Source of the DNA: Vermamoeba vermiformis
Taxonomy: Eukaryota
Direction of reading: 5' to 3'
Assembly: GCA_045837725.1 (NCBI GenBank)
Contig: JBEWZL010000302.1
Coordinates: forward strand, 248,001-312,000
DNA: 64,000 bases
The translations under genes were made by a program, and so were the position numbers. This document shows, one piece after another, positions 50,276 through 64,000 of this stretch. Under the pieces are notes generated by a model, which searched no databases, was not told the DNA's origin, and worked only from the letters and a program-made list of their open reading frames with translations. Each line of letters starts with the position of its first letter. Position 1 is the first letter of the stretch.

Positions 50276-52865
50276 TTATTTTAAAATCGAGTACAAGATG
50301 AATGCAGTGAACAGCGCGCGATCACGATCAAAGTGCCCGCCCTCGAATGTCTTCAACAGAATGTCGCGCTGTCGCTCTGGTGGCATCACATGTCTTAATT
50401 TGGCAATAAACTTGACTGGTTCCCAATACTGCACACGTGGATCATTCATGCCAGTGGTCACCAGACAGTTCGGATAGGCACGGCCAGGTGTCAAATTGTA
50501 CATCGGGCAGTAGCGCGACATAAATGCAAAGTCTTCAGGTCTGGTGGCATCACCCCACTCATCGACCTCGTAATCGCGCCACGGCACTGACTTGTCCGCC
50601 ATCGACACCAACACGTCCACAAAGGGCACTTCTGCGATCACTGCGCGGAACAATTCAGGCTGCAAGACAGCCGCGGCAGTGACCAATAGCCCGCCAGCAC
50701 TGCGTCCTCTGATCGCGAGTTGTTCCGCACTCGTGTAGCCGCGCTCAATCAGGGCCCGAGCACACGCGATCAGATCTTCAATGCTGCGCTGCTTCTGCGC
50801 TGCCTTGCCGGCAATGTGCCACCATCGACCACGCTCGGTACCACCACGCACCTGTCAACTATTCAATATCCTATTTTGGAGTACTGTCACTACTCACGTG
50901 CGGGATGGCGTAAATTATTCCGCGATTGAGCAGACTGAGTCGATACAACGAGAATCGCGGCTCTTTGCTGGCACCGTACGCACCATATCCGGACATGAGC
51001 ATCGGACTGGGCTCCGAACTGCGCAGGTCTTTGCGGTACACGAGGGAGATGGGCACTTGACACGTGTCATCCAGTGACGGCACAAACAGCCGTTCAGTGC
51101 AGTACTGTCCCGCGTCGTAGCCCATCACGTGCTGCTGTCGCACCAGGGTCAGAGCCCGTTCAGTGAAATGATAGGCGTAGAGTGACTTGGGCGTCGTGAG
51201 TGACGTGTACGAGAGGTACAGCACGTGACTGTGCGCGGATTGGTGGCACTTGTCGCGATATACCCACGTGTAGTTGTCATCGATGTTGCCTGGTGCGCAG
51301 CTGTACACTGTTTCACTGAACGGCACGTAGTGACAGTTGTCGGTGAGAGTTATTCCGCTCTCATCACGTGATGGATCGATATCCACAACGCGAATCTGTT
51401 TCGTGCAGTTCGAGTGTTGTTCGTATACCACAATCTGCGCTATAATTAGGACTGGAAGTGCATTACCAAATATAGAAATACCTGTGAGTCAAACGCGTCC
51501 AAATTAAGCAAATAAATGTCGTTGTTATGTGGCAGCACCAATTGCCATTTTTGGAAGTCCGATGCGTGCTCAACAGCCACTCTCCATATTTGGAAATTCT
51601 CCGCCTCTTTGTTGCAGCCGATGTAAAAATAGCCCTGGTGGTGATCGATGAAGTACATCACGTGATCAGCACGTGGTTGCAGCAGGGTGAACTCACTCGC
51701 AGTGTGCGCGGAGGTGAAGCGAATCTCATTTGCAGACGAGGAGTGTGCGACTAAAAATAGATACTGCTGATCGGTGCTCGCGTCGAGTGACAGCACAAAC
51801 CTGTCGTCGTGCTCTTCGTACAGCAACACGTCATCCGCTGTGTGACACGTGTCAGTGGAGGGGCATGTCTATTTATAGTAACGTACCGTGCGGGTCTGTC
51901 ACGTGACTGCGATAACAGCGTGTGGCGTGCAGGCCAGTCACGTGACTCGTGTACAACAGGTGCTGACTGTCACGTGACCAGCGCATCGCTTGAAATGCCT
52001 CCATGCTGCCCACGTGATTAATCTCGCGCGGGAGATCGCAGCCCTGGTCGATGTCTCGCACGCGCACGGTGTAGTCCTCATTGCCGTGCTGATCGGTGCC
52101 CCACGCCACGTAGCGGTGATCGGGACTGATCTCAAACATGACCACGTCACGTGATGGCAACACGGTGCACGGATTGACACCTGTCAACTGCCAGTCTGCA
52201 CCGCTTGGTGTGCTGCGAATAATTCCGTTCTCGGTCCACGTGTACAACCAGGGACCAAGCTGCACGAATTAGCCATGTATGGCAAGTGTTACTATATTTA
52301 GCACTCACGCGCCAAGTACCACGTGACATGTCACTGCCGCGCTCAATCTGCTCGAATTCTTGCAACGCTTGACTCTGTGTGCAATGTCAGCGATCAGTGC
52401 ACTCTAATACTATGAGATATGTGGTCTATTGACTATTGTTTTATTGACTATTACGGTATTGACTATTGTGTATCTACAGTGTCATAATAGCACTCTATTG
52501 TGTGACCTACATGATAGTGCTGCAGACGCGGAGAATGCACCTGTTGTTCAGTCCAGCTGGTCTCTGCGGCAATGTACTGCTGCACTGCGGGATCTGAACG
52601 AGTGTCATCGCGCAGCCAATAATAGGGGTCAGTGATAGTGTGCAGCGGTGTTATATGCAGTTGTTTGTCTATGCGCGCGGCTGTGGGGTATTCTGAAATT
52701 ATTAGGAGGATAATTAGCAACTAGTATCACATAATTATAATTATCTGGTGCCTGCAAGCATGCACAATTAGCGTTGTTAATTATAATTAATATTCGCTGT
52801 CACTGGCATTGAGATCCGCTTCATATGCGGCTCTTTGACGCACCTGTCTTGTCTGCGGTCTGCAT
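50276..52865 (-). CDS. Oligopeptidase B / prolyl oligopeptidase family S9A
   Basis: DPYYWLRDD, GYGAYG, HVRGGTERGRRW-type segment, catalytic GRSAGG, NDPRVQYWEP, GGH. Confidence 0.92.
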
Positions 52866-52986
52866 TGCGTGCACTAGGTCCGATGAGTGAATTAATAGCA
52901 ATTCTTGCGATCGTACGAGTACATTATCACTTCTCTTGTGTATCTAGTCGTCACCGTAATTTATTTTCAGTGAAATTCAAACACAT

Positions 52987-54496
52987 CTAGTTGATCTGAT
53001 TGAGCGCGTGAGCCAAGTCACCAATCAAGTCCTCCACATCTTCCAGACCCACCGAGAGACGCACCAAGTTGTCGCTGATGCCCAGCTTAGCGCGCTCCTC
53101 GACAGGCACCGAGGCGTGTGTCATGATGACGGGGTGATCCACCAGCGACTCCACGCCACCGAGCGACTCAGCCAGTGCGAACAGGTGCACATTTTCCAAG
53201 AACTGACGCGCTTGTGTGATGCCGCCCTTCAAGAAGAAGGTGATCATACCGCCATAGCCCTTCATCTGCGCCTTGGCAATCTCGTGCTGCGGATGTGACT
53301 CGAGCCCCGGGTACAAGACACGCTCGACCTTGGGGTGTGCGGTGAGCCAGTGCGCAATCTTGGTGGCACTCTTCTCGTGCTCGCGCATGCGCACGTGCAG
53401 GGTCTTGGTGCCGCGCAACACGAGGAAGGAGTCGAAGGGCGAGGGGATGGCCCCGACTGCATTCTGAATGAACTTGAGCTTGCGATAGATCTCCTGGTCC
53501 CTGCCACACACCACACCCATCACCACATCGCTGTGGCCGTTGATGTACTTGGTGCACGAGTGCATCACCATGTCCGCACCGAGATCCAGCGGGTTCTGGA
53601 AGTAGGGCGACATGAAGGTGTTGTCCACCACGAACATCAGCTGCTTGCGGCGTGCGATGGCAGCCACCTTGCGAATGTCCACAATCTTCAACAGCGGATT
53701 GGTCGGTGTCTCGAGCCACAACAGCTTGGTGGCGGGGGTGATGGCGGCTTCGAGTGCAGATTCATTGTTGAAGTCCACAAAGCTGAATGAGAGGCCTTGC
53801 AGCTGATTGACGCGCGTGAAGAGACGTCGAGTGCCACCATAGAGATCGTCCATGGCCACCACGTGATCGCCGCTCTGCAACAGCGTCATGATGCCGTTAG
53901 TGGTGCTCAGACCAGATGCGAAGACAACACCTGCATATAGCGTTAGAATAGGACGATAAATGGTAGTGCCTATTATTGTAGTGTACCCCATTCAGCATTC
54001 TCAAGCGCTGCCAAGTTGTGTTCAAGTGCATCTCGGGTAGGATTGCCAGTACGAGCGTATTCATAGCCCTTAATAATCCATCGGTATTAATACTACGTGC
54101 ATATTAATAGTATGAATTGCATACGCGATGAACACCCGGAGATTGTTGTTGAAAGGTCGTAGACAAACTGATCGGAATGATGACCGCACCTGTTGCGTGT
54201 CATTGTTAATTATATTATAAATTTCATGGATAGGAGCACGTATGATAAGTATATAATACATCTATTATCCGCGCATCAATTCATGGTGTAATAATTTTTA
54301 ATTACCGGAGCTTGGATCTGCGACTTGTCCGGCGTGAATGGCCTTGGTACCAAAGCCTTGCTCTCTCTTCTTAGCCTATATAACTTGATTATTATTATTG
54401 TCGCAAAGCGGAGCGAACGAGTGAACTTACAGAGATCTGGATCTGTTCCAATACTTGCAGTTGCTGTGTGGCGGTCTTAGTGCTCTCCATATTCAT
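52987..54496 (-). CDS. CTH: Cystathionine gamma-lyase (Cys/Met PLP-dependent enzyme)
   Basis: GFGTKAIHAGQ, YEYARTGNPTR, DDLYGGT, LETPTNPLL, VDNTFMSP, PLP lysine in HSCTKYINGHSDV, AESLGGVESL. Confidence 0.93.
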
Positions 54497-54828
54497 AGCC
54501 CTGATTATTATGACTGATTAGGACTGATCACTCGTGCTGTGTTAATCAGGTCGAATAAATCTTCTGTTTTTCAGCCGAAACTTCTCGAGCCACGCGCCTG
54601 TCAATCAACGCACTAGTGATGCAATAATACAGTACAATCACTCGATTATGCATCGTGGTGAGTAATAGTGGTGCGTGATTGCTCATTTGGGCTGATACAG
54701 CTCTAACTATGATGATTACTATGTTACTTCATAGCTTCCGCCTTCAATGCACCTTTTAAATGCAGCTAGTTACATATGCATGTGTTTAGTATTCTACGAC
54801 CGAGTGCCGCGATCACATGCAGCGCGAG

Positions 54829-54850
54829 ACACGTGACAAAATCACGTGAC
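54829..54850. promoter_or_regulatory. Tandem CACGTG E-boxes (ACACGTGAC and TCACGTGAC) in the divergent CTH/HTT intergenic region
   Basis: Two CACGTG at 54830 and 54843 in AT-rich non-coding DNA between divergent starts. Function is inferred only. Confidence 0.35.
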
Positions 54851-55202
54851 AGATTTTCTTACCAGATCTGACACCAACGATAAAGATTTTCAACCTCAGA
54901 ATAAAGCACACATAATACATGTGCTGTTGTATGAATGTATTTATTGCCGATTGAATAAGACAAGTACGTGCGTGAATTAACCTTCAAATTGACTGTGACT
55001 CATTTCATACGCACAAACTAATTAATAACAATTATTGTAATATATTACACTGCAATACTCGTATTTTAGTGCGCAATACTGCGCAGTACGCGATAAAGAA
55101 TATTAATAATAATTATTTTTCGTTGTTAGCGCGCGTGTATTATGAACACCCATTGAACAGCGGACATTAAGAAGACTTTAATATATAAGCCATACATCAC
55201 AC

Positions 55203-58200
55203 ATGGATCTACTCAAAGCGTTAGATGTGCTCTCGACTGCACCGCTGAAGACCGAGTCAGAAGCAGATCGACAAGTCAAGTTGAAAGCACTGCGCACCAT
55301 CGACGAACAGCTCAGCTCCCCTGCACTGCGCGGCACGGCTGATTTCCCGCGCCTGCTCGCCTTCAGCTTGCACAGTCTGCTGCGACTGTTGGGTGACAGC
55401 GACATGAATGTGTGGTCCCTCGCTGAAGAGGTGCTGCACAAGGTCGTCAAGGGCCTCATACGCACACACCACGACTGGATCATCGTCGAGCTCTACAAGG
55501 GACTCAAGGGACAGCGATTTGCAGGCAGAAGTCAGCGCGTGTCACTGGCCCTGCTCGGTCACGTGATTGGCTGGACCTCGCGCTCGCGTCTGAAGAAGTT
55601 GACAGCCGCGATACCGAAGCTGATTGGTCAACTGATCAGCACTGCGCAACAGGACAGCTTGCTCATCGAGGCACTCGCACTGCACTTCGAGCCCATCATG
55701 CGGCACGTGGCACCCTACATCACTGGCACGCAGGTGCTGACCCTGGTCGATCACTGCGTGCTGGCCCTGGTCGACACACAGGGAGCAGTGCGCAGATCAG
55801 GGGCCGGACTGATCACCACGCTGTGTCGGTACTGGCCCTCGCCCGCACTCTTCTATCACGTGTTTGGCACGCTGCGTCAACTGCTGCAGGTATGGCCGTC
55901 TCTTTTGACACTTGTGACAGGTGTGAAATATTTGGTTACTGACACGTGTCATTTTTGCAGCGCACCGACCAGAGCAGCGAGCACGACATACACACGATGC
56001 AGGGTGTGCTGCACTGTTACTTGCGTCTGATTCGCTTGCACCTCGAACAACCGCGGCACACTGCGGAATATCTCCTGCCCGAGATACAGTTCATCGCCTC
56101 CCTCGCCACAGATTCACTGAAACACACGGACAGCAATGTGGTAGTGTCAGCCCTCGAATTGTTGCAAGAACTGCTGTCCTCATTCCTGCACGTGCTGATA
56201 CACGTGTGGACACCAGAGCGCGCACGTGATCGCTTCAAAGCCCTGCTCGACCAGTTCGAAGTGATGCTGTTCGAAGACAGTGCCGTGCGCATCTCCAGCC
56301 AGTCCCTCATCGTGGCGTGTGTGGCGCACATCTTCGAGCACTACTGGATTGACTACGCGCACCTGTCACGTGATCACAGCACTGCACCGAGCACCGTCGT
56401 CACATTTGAGCCGCTGAGCATGTTCCTCGAGTCCAAGCTCGCCAAGTGGTCCTCGCTGCTGGCACACTCTGATCCGCAGCTGCGCGGTCAGGCTGCGCTG
56501 TTCGTCGCCGCCACGCAGAGTGCTGTGCTCGTCAATCCACGTGCTCCACCAGGGCCCGAACCCCTCGGAGCCTGGGCCGCGCAACCACTGCTGCAGCTGA
56601 TCCTGGACGACGAGTCCTCGGTGGCAGCCAAGTGGGGTGGTCAGGCCCTGGCACGACTCTGGCCCGCACTCGTCTCGCACGCCCCGCCTGCCCTGCCCCT
56701 CAGTGTACTCGCGCGCATATTGGCTGTCAAATCTGACGCCTATCTGCTCGTCAAGATCAAGGTAACTTGCACTGATTGCCTTATTTGGTAACTCACACTT
56801 CGCTGCAGGTGCTCAGTTTTCTGTCGCGCGTAGATTTCCGTGTGATTGCAGCCCTGGAAGAGAAAATTCGACACGGCAATCACGTGACTCAAATTGGCGA
56901 TCTGGTACGGCACTTGCCTAATCGGGTTAATGCGTATGTTGACATCTTTGCAGTCCATCAACCGGGGCACAGATCTGCAAAAGACAGCCCTGGACGTCAT
57001 CTTGCAATATCTCGATGACGCAGATCACCGTGTCCGACGAAGAGCTGCAAAGACATTGGTCAAAATATTGCCGCAATTACACGCCGCACCATATTTGGAA
57101 GGTGCGCAGAGTCGATTGCAGGCCCATGCCGTGGTGCTGGCGGAATATCTCCACGGTGCCCCCAAATCTCAGAGCGACAAGCTGAATTACCTTTTATGGC
57201 GCATCGAATCGAGTCTGAATGCGCGCGAGAGTCAGCAGATCAAAGGCGTGTACGAGTGGTGTGCACTGCTGTCGCTGCAGGGTCACGTGATCCCCGCGCA
57301 GTTCATTCCGATCATGCTCGAACACCTCTCTGCCACCAATCTCGCCACGCATCTCGAGACACAACTGCACGCCCTCACGGTCATGGAGCACATGGTCGGA
57401 GAATTGACCGGAGAATTAGCGCCGTACAGCGTGAAGATCTTGACGCACGTGCTCAAAGTGCTGGCAATCACCACGTACATCACGCAGAACAAGAGCGCGA
57501 GTCAGGTGCGCGAGATGAAGAGTGCCGAGGGACTGGCCACACCGCTGCTCGGCGAGGCGATCTATTTGGCACTCTGGGACCGACTCCGCGACACGCATCG
57601 ACTGGCACAGGCGAGCTTCACGGCCAATCTGTTCGATCAGATCCGCTGTCAAGCACTGCTGGCACTCGGCGCGACAGTGCACGTGCTGGGCAAGAATGCC
57701 GTGCCGTACTGCGAGGAGCTGTTGCTGCACTTGCCCGCGCACCTCGACGAGTACCCCTTGGTAAGCGCGCACGTGATGGTGTGCTGAACGTGTCTAACTG
57801 TCATTGCCTAATTAGGAAGTACTCACGTGCGTGCGCGAGCTGTTCGTGTGCGTGTTTCATCCGCAGAACATCAGCAACACCATCCCCCAGGGCAACAGTT
57901 CGCCCAATGCCAGCACCACCCCGCGGCGCAAGAAACCTGCCAAATTAGGACTGCACGAGAAGTTGTTCCACCCGGAGTTGTTCCGCCGCAGTGTGAAAAA
58001 GAATTTGAACTACGCGACCCTGGACATCAACAGCGAAGAGGAGTGGGTGCTGAATGCCAGCACTATAAATAGCACCACCAAGAGCAGTGCCACCGCTAAA
58101 AATACGCTCAAAATGTTCGAGCCACTCGTCACGCTGGCCCTGGCACGCTACCACAACAGTCAGAATCACGTGCTCAAGAATGCCGTGCTGGCACTCTTGG

Positions 58201-61200
58201 TGGCATTCTTGCACCTGGGCGTGGATTTCTGGGCCCTGGACCGCGAGAACAAACTGCTCAAAGAAGTGCTGCTCGATTTGGAACAGGCACGTGATCAGCC
58301 TGTCAGTGTCGAGCTGCGCGATCTGAGCGAGGAAGTGACACGTGTCAATCGCGTGCCTCAACCAGCCACGTGCGTGTTGCCGCAAGTGCGACTGATGCAC
58401 GTGCTGCTGATCACGCTGCTGCACCCCTCGCGTCGCCAGCACACCACAGCCACCGTGCAGCAGTTGGTGGCACTGCTGGCACCTGTCCCGCAAGCAGCGG
58501 TGAAGAGTCCGATCATGAAACAGCCGTTAATGAATCTGTTTGCCACCAAGCCTGCCCTGCCCTCACCCTCGCAGAGCTGGGAGGAACTCAAGCTATTTTT
58601 AGCTCTGCTTGGCGACCTCTTGCTCGATCACGTGCGCGTGTACTTGCCAAATAAGGAAATGCACTCGGTAATCAACAGCATTCTCCGCACGCTGTTCACT
58701 GTCACGCTGGCCGAGGACGATGAAGACTGGCACCGCGATCTCCGCGCGAGATTGATCAATCTGTTCACTGAATTGCTCGCCACGGACCCTTCCGAGCACG
58801 TGATCGACCATCTCCGATTTGTGCTGCAACTCACCAAGGACAAGCACGAGCTGCACCTCACGTACGACACGATATTTGCCTTATTTGGTAATAACACATT
58901 GTATTCAGGGTGTCCAAGCAGATTGCCGATGCGCTGCTAAAATTAGCCACAGACAACACCGAGTCCCTCACACAGCTCGCAGATGTGACAGCACTGTACC
59001 CACTCATCGACCAATTACCTAAAGCGGCAATTGATGTCAGCAAACTGCTCACGAGTCTATTTTTAGCCAACTTGCCCACTAAACTCCGAGCCTATGAGCT
59101 CGACACGGAGATTGAGCGCGCCAATGACAAGCTGTTCAGTGAATTGCCTCCGCTGAACTTGCCAGTGCCAGCTGTCAACTTGTCAACGGTGACAGCAGTG
59201 ACACCTGTCACACCCGTGGACATCAGTGCGGCACTCGTCGAGACATATGTCAGCGAGGACAAGAACACTACGCCACAGGGATCACCAAATAAGGAAGGTG
59301 CGGGATTACTCAGTCCGAGCACGCCTCTCGAGGCCTCGGAGATCTCCCGAGATATACAATCTCCCGAACCTGCAAATGAAGCGAAACAAAAGTCACGTGA
59401 TCATCAACATCACTCGTACGAGAAGAGCGCAGAATTGTTGGCACAGTGCCACCACACGTCACGACTGCTGACACGCCGCACTCGCCTCTGCTGGATTTAT
59501 TCCGCTCTCGTGGTACGTTGTCTTTGTAATTATTTCTCCCTGTTCGGTACTGACCAATGTTCGACAGTTGTTCCGCTTGACAGCAAAGCACGAAGTACGC
59601 GAATTGACATCAGTGACAGCTGCCCTGGCCAAACAATTGTCCCGCACACTCGATCTCGCTGAATTGTGTCACGTGCTCCTCTTGGAGTCCGCACAATTGC
59701 TGGCACTCTACTCGCACGACAGCACGAGCACACGTGCGGTGAATCTATTTTTAGAACAAGTGACGCGACTGATCGATCGCAGCAAACAGTCGAGCAGTCA
59801 GTTGTTGCTCGATATGGGCTCTGATTCGCAGCTGCACCTCCTCGTGCGCGCACTTCTCGACCAGGGCTCGTCACGTGATCGTCACGTGCTCACCAATCTC
59901 ATCGAGCACGCACACCTGTCCACCACTGGTCTGTTGCTCGCGCAGTTGTTGCTAAATTTGGAAGCATACGACGTACTGCGCTATCTGTTCGATCACGTGC
60001 GCAATAAGTAAGTGACCAAATATGGCAATAGTGCGGTACTAACTCTTTAAATAGAACGCGTGTCACGTGGCACTCAGAGCTGTTGCAAACATTGCTGTTC
60101 TTGTACCAGTGCAAGTTGATCGTTCATGAACGCTATCACCCGGACAAGATGCGCGCCATGATCGATCAGCTCGTCAACAACGAACCATATTTGGAAGCAC
60201 TGGCACACAACATGCACGAAGAGGTCGTGTTGCAATTGGTGCAATCTTTCACGCAACCCACGTGGCACGACAAGCTGATCTCATTCGTGAACAATCACGT
60301 GTCAGGTGCCGAATTGAGTGCTGTCACGTGCCACCATCTGCTCTTGCTGCTCATCTCAGTGCCACCAAAAGAGCATTCTTTGCGCGTATGTGCTGTTGAC
60401 ATGTTGACAGCTGTCATTCTGACAACTCCGATTTGACAGGTGGTGTTCAAAGTGTTCATGCGACACAGTCACGTGTCAGTGAAGATTGCAGCGGAGAATT
60501 ACATCGTGTCGATGCTGAACGAATTCCACATTGACAAGGTACGCACTCGATGCGCAACTGCAATGACTAACCAGTGGCAGAATGACGCCAGTGTCACGGA
60601 CTCGATGATCAAGCTGCTCATTGACGAGTACCGCGCGCAGCTGCGACCCTCTTTTGTGGTAAGTGATATTCAGCTGCCAGTGTGCATTGCCTAATTTGGA
60701 CAGAATCGCCTCAAAGCCTTCCACTGGCTGCAAATGGAAACTCCCGCGCTGAGCCGCACAGCCGAGATCATCAACCAGGGCCTGGCACAGACCAACACGA
60801 GTGCAACGACTGAACTGCTGATCAATTTCGATGAGTTCGATCACGTGCCTGCGGAGAAAGCTCCGACACCTGTCAAACTAGCGGAACAATCGGAGCTGAT
60901 TCCGACTGACATGAATGCCTTTATTGGCAATTATCTCGCGCGCCAGTTGCCGCACCACGTGAGCAATGCGAAGATGATTCAGTGGTTGACAGCTGTCATG
61001 CACGTGGACAGTCACGTGTTCGAAATCATGCTCAACTGCAAACATTGCAAGTTGAGTCACGTGACCTACTGCTTTCAGCTCAACACTTGTGAGCACGTCA
61101 AACCTCATCTGCTCAGCTTCCTAAAAAGGAAAAACAAAGAATTGCTGGACGAGCGTAGTCACGTGACTGACTGGTCTGAACTCGTGGACTTGACACGTGC

Positions 61201-64000
61201 CACCATGCTGGCAATTGAACGCTGGGGCGAAGAAGCACTCGAGGCCCTGGTTGAGTCACCCGCATTGCCTATTTTGGTAAGAATTGCGTTCTGCCCTTGA
61301 AAGCTCTAACTTCCAAATTAGGTGCAAACATGGCTGACACGCATCACCAAGCTGCTGACACGTGCTCAACACGTGACACCGACCTCCACCGTCACTGTCA
61401 TGCACGTGCTGCGATTGGCTGCGTCTATTTTTAAACGCTCCTTATTTGGCATTGACGAGAAGTTCCACGTCACGCGACTCAGTATTTCCGTGCCATCTCC
61501 GCAGGGAGATACACCGCTCCCTGACAGTGCGACTAATAATAGCACTGACTCGCACGATGTGTCACGTGCTTTGAATGAATTCTTCGTGCAGTTGATGAAT
61601 GTAAGTGACATTGCCTAATTTAGTCTGTTCTGATCACGTGACAGCTGTACTACACGGTGTTCCATCCCAATCGGTCAATGCCGGTCAAAATCACTGACAG
61701 CACTCCCGTTGTAAGTCTATGATCTATTTTTAGCTCTCTAATCCCTCGCAGACCACTGCCGATACCTTGCTTATTTTGGAATTCTTCTGGAGATTGCTGC
61801 GTGATCCAACCAAGTCCATATTTGGCTCGCTGGCACTCAAGTTCAAATACTGCCACGAGCTATTTTTAGCGCTCTTGAAAGAAATTGCTGTCAAATTTGA
61901 CATCCCCGACCACGTGCCCAGTGCACCCTCGCCCGAAGATCTCGATGCCCAAAATAGTCCACCCGATCCTCGATTGCCGCACAACAGGACACCATTTCCT
62001 TTTCAGGTGCTGGAGATCAATTTTGACCACAACGACGACCCCGTCACCACTTTGACACATTTCGTGCGCCTGATCAACACGCTCAAGATCTGTCACCCAC
62101 GTGTCGTTAACCAATTATGGCAACAGCTGTACCAAGTCTTTGCGGAGAAAGAAGAGAACAGCCAGGGCTCATTTGCCACGTCACAACAGCTCAAAGCCCT
62201 CGCCGTGCAGGGACTCGCCTCGCTGCTGCTGCGCGTACGTGCTGCTAAAAATAGCGCGGTGTTCAGTGAACTAACTCCCACTGCAGATCAGCTACAATTG
62301 GATCCTGCCCGCACCTGAAGAGGAGGTGGATCCGAGTCTAAATTTAGGACTTGCCAAATTAAGAGAAATCTATCCGCTCGGTCGACTGACAGTGCCACAA
62401 CTGCGCCAGTCCAAGCTGTACCAGTGGCACTCAGTGGACATCTCGCTGCTGATTGAAGATCTGCTCATGCTCTGCAAACATCACGTGGACAGCTATCTCG
62501 CGCACACCACGCCACACCTCACGCTGCACCGCGCAGTCATCAAGGCCGTGCTGCTGCTCTCCGATCTCTTCACGCGCCAGCAGTACCTCTGGATGCAGCA
62601 GATGTTCGAGCGCATCTACTACGCGGGACTGCCGCTGGATCCGACTGCGCGCACCAAAGACGACACCGATCACGTGCTCGCTGATGACTTCCTCGTCGAT
62701 CAGTACGTGCTCATTGGACTCTGCAAGGTACCGCGACACTGCTGCTATTTTTAGACTCTAATCTCACGCAATCTTCACAGGCTGCTGCTGTCTTGGAATT
62801 GCCTAATTCGGCAACTCAGATCACCAGTCCAAATAAGGACAACAAAGAGCCACCTGGACCTGTCCTGACGCCCAATCTCGTGCGCAGAATGTCTATCACC
62901 TTTTTAGGCAATAACACCAACGCACCCAACTTGAATCTAAATAAGGAAGGTTTGGTGTCTGGAGTAGTTCCCTGGGGTCTAAAATTAGCTGCGCTGCACG
63001 GTCTGAACTTTGCATTCCAAGGCTATTCCTATTTAGTAAGTGCACTCGCCCAAATCGAGTAAATATTTAATGCTCAATTCCAATTATAGAAAGTGACCAG
63101 TGTGCCACCAAGTGTCATGGCCCTGATTGACAGTCTCGCACAAGAGACGATCGATCACTACGTGGACGACAACAATCGTGTGCCGTCACTGCTTAAAATG
63201 GAGCAGCATCATCTGACGCTGTTCATGAACCGCCTCAATCTGTCCGTCATCTCCGCCAACAAATCACGTGATTTGCGCGACAGCTCTTCGTCGAGTGGCA
63301 GTGCCGCCAATTCTCCCGCGTCCGTGCACAGCAACCGAAAACTCGATCTAGAGTACGTATTTGCAGCTATTTTTAGCACCACTAACCTGTGCGATCAGTG
63401 CCGATGAAGAGATGATGAATATGGAAGTTGTCAAAACAATGTTTGCAAAGATTCGCACCAACAAAAATGTCACCAAAAATGCACTGTCCAATGCCGCAGT
63501 AGAGGAACTTGCCAAGTAAGGCAATCATGTCTATAAGTAGCACGGTGTCTAATTGCTGTCTAGGATTCAATTGCCAAATCTGTTATTGCAGAAATTCAGC
63601 AGTGATCAGATCATGTCGCTGGTGCTCGCAGAATTCTCCAAGCCGATCGACACCAATCTCCGGCTGGTGGCACTCGTGCTGTTCAAAGTCTTCAAAGCAC
63701 TGCGCAAGAGAAAAGAGCAGGCCGTGGTCGTGCGCTGGGTCGTCATGTGCATGGGAAATTTCACGCAACTCTCGACCTTCTCGAACAAGTCCGCACAGGC
63801 CCTGTGGTCCCTGCTCGTGGTGATGCTGGCGGCGTCACGTGATCGCTTGTGGTCAGCCCTGGTGTGGGGACTGCTCGCGGACGATGATTGGCTCAACACA
63901 GATCTCGCACTCTTGCCCGTCGCCCTCGCTGACTTTGTGGCGCGTCAAGAGCTCGAAGCCAGCACGCGTCAACTGTTCCTCGATGCCCTCAAAGATCTGC
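55203..64000 (+). CDS. HTT: Huntingtin homologue (HEAT repeats), runs off the window end
   Basis: N17-like MDLLKALDVLS; GDSDMNVWSLAEEVLHKVVKGL...IVELYK; HTDSNVVVSALELLQ; HSDPQLRG; LDDADHRVRRRAA; FEPLVTLALARY; DQIMSLVLAEF. These match segments I recognise from huntingtin. Confidence 0.88.

Noticed and set aside
62230-62330. Apparent stop or frameshift in huntingtin
   Set aside because: Explained by an intron (CGC|GTACGT...CTAAC...CTGCAG|ATC).
53008-63899. Many long antisense or alternate-frame ORFs over CTH and HTT (and 36181-37092)
   Set aside because: Shadow ORFs expected from GC-rich codon usage; no recognisable motifs.
1-64000. tRNA, rRNA, CRISPR arrays, transposons, prokaryotic operons
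   Set aside because: None recognised by eye, and the DNA is intron-rich eukaryotic. A tRNAscan/Rfam run would be needed to exclude small RNAs.

Overview
Gene-dense eukaryotic DNA with many short (about 45-60 nt) GT-AG introns and CTAAY-like branch points. The gene content (huntingtin, RasGEF/RasGAP, tetraspanin, PLC) suggests an amoebozoan-type protist, but that is inference. I spliced about 21 protein-coding genes by eye and recognised no rRNA, tRNA, CRISPR array or mobile element. Three candidate systems stand out. (1) 12982-22454: a three-gene cluster sharing a SAM-PB1-PAS-PAS module. Two small paralogues carry FixL-like PAS domains with the heme-ligand His, and the third fuses the module to a RasGEF and a degenerate histidine-kinase core, suggesting gas/O2 sensing coupled to Ras. 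(2) 4999-12273: one multi-exon gene joining a GREB1/JGT-like (TET-associated) glycosyltransferase to a RanBP2 finger, two RRMs, a CDCA7-type zf-4CXXC_R1 and a chromodomain, plus PWWP across an apparent frameshift. (3) 34283-37425: an adenylate-kinase-fold domain fused to an mRNA guanylyltransferase, the architecture of the trypanosome recapping enzyme TbCe1. Also seen: a catalytically degenerate PLC, an arginine-finger-less RhoGAP, and a sharp enrichment of CACGTG from about 50.4 kb to the window end. All domain calls come from motif recognition, not database searches.
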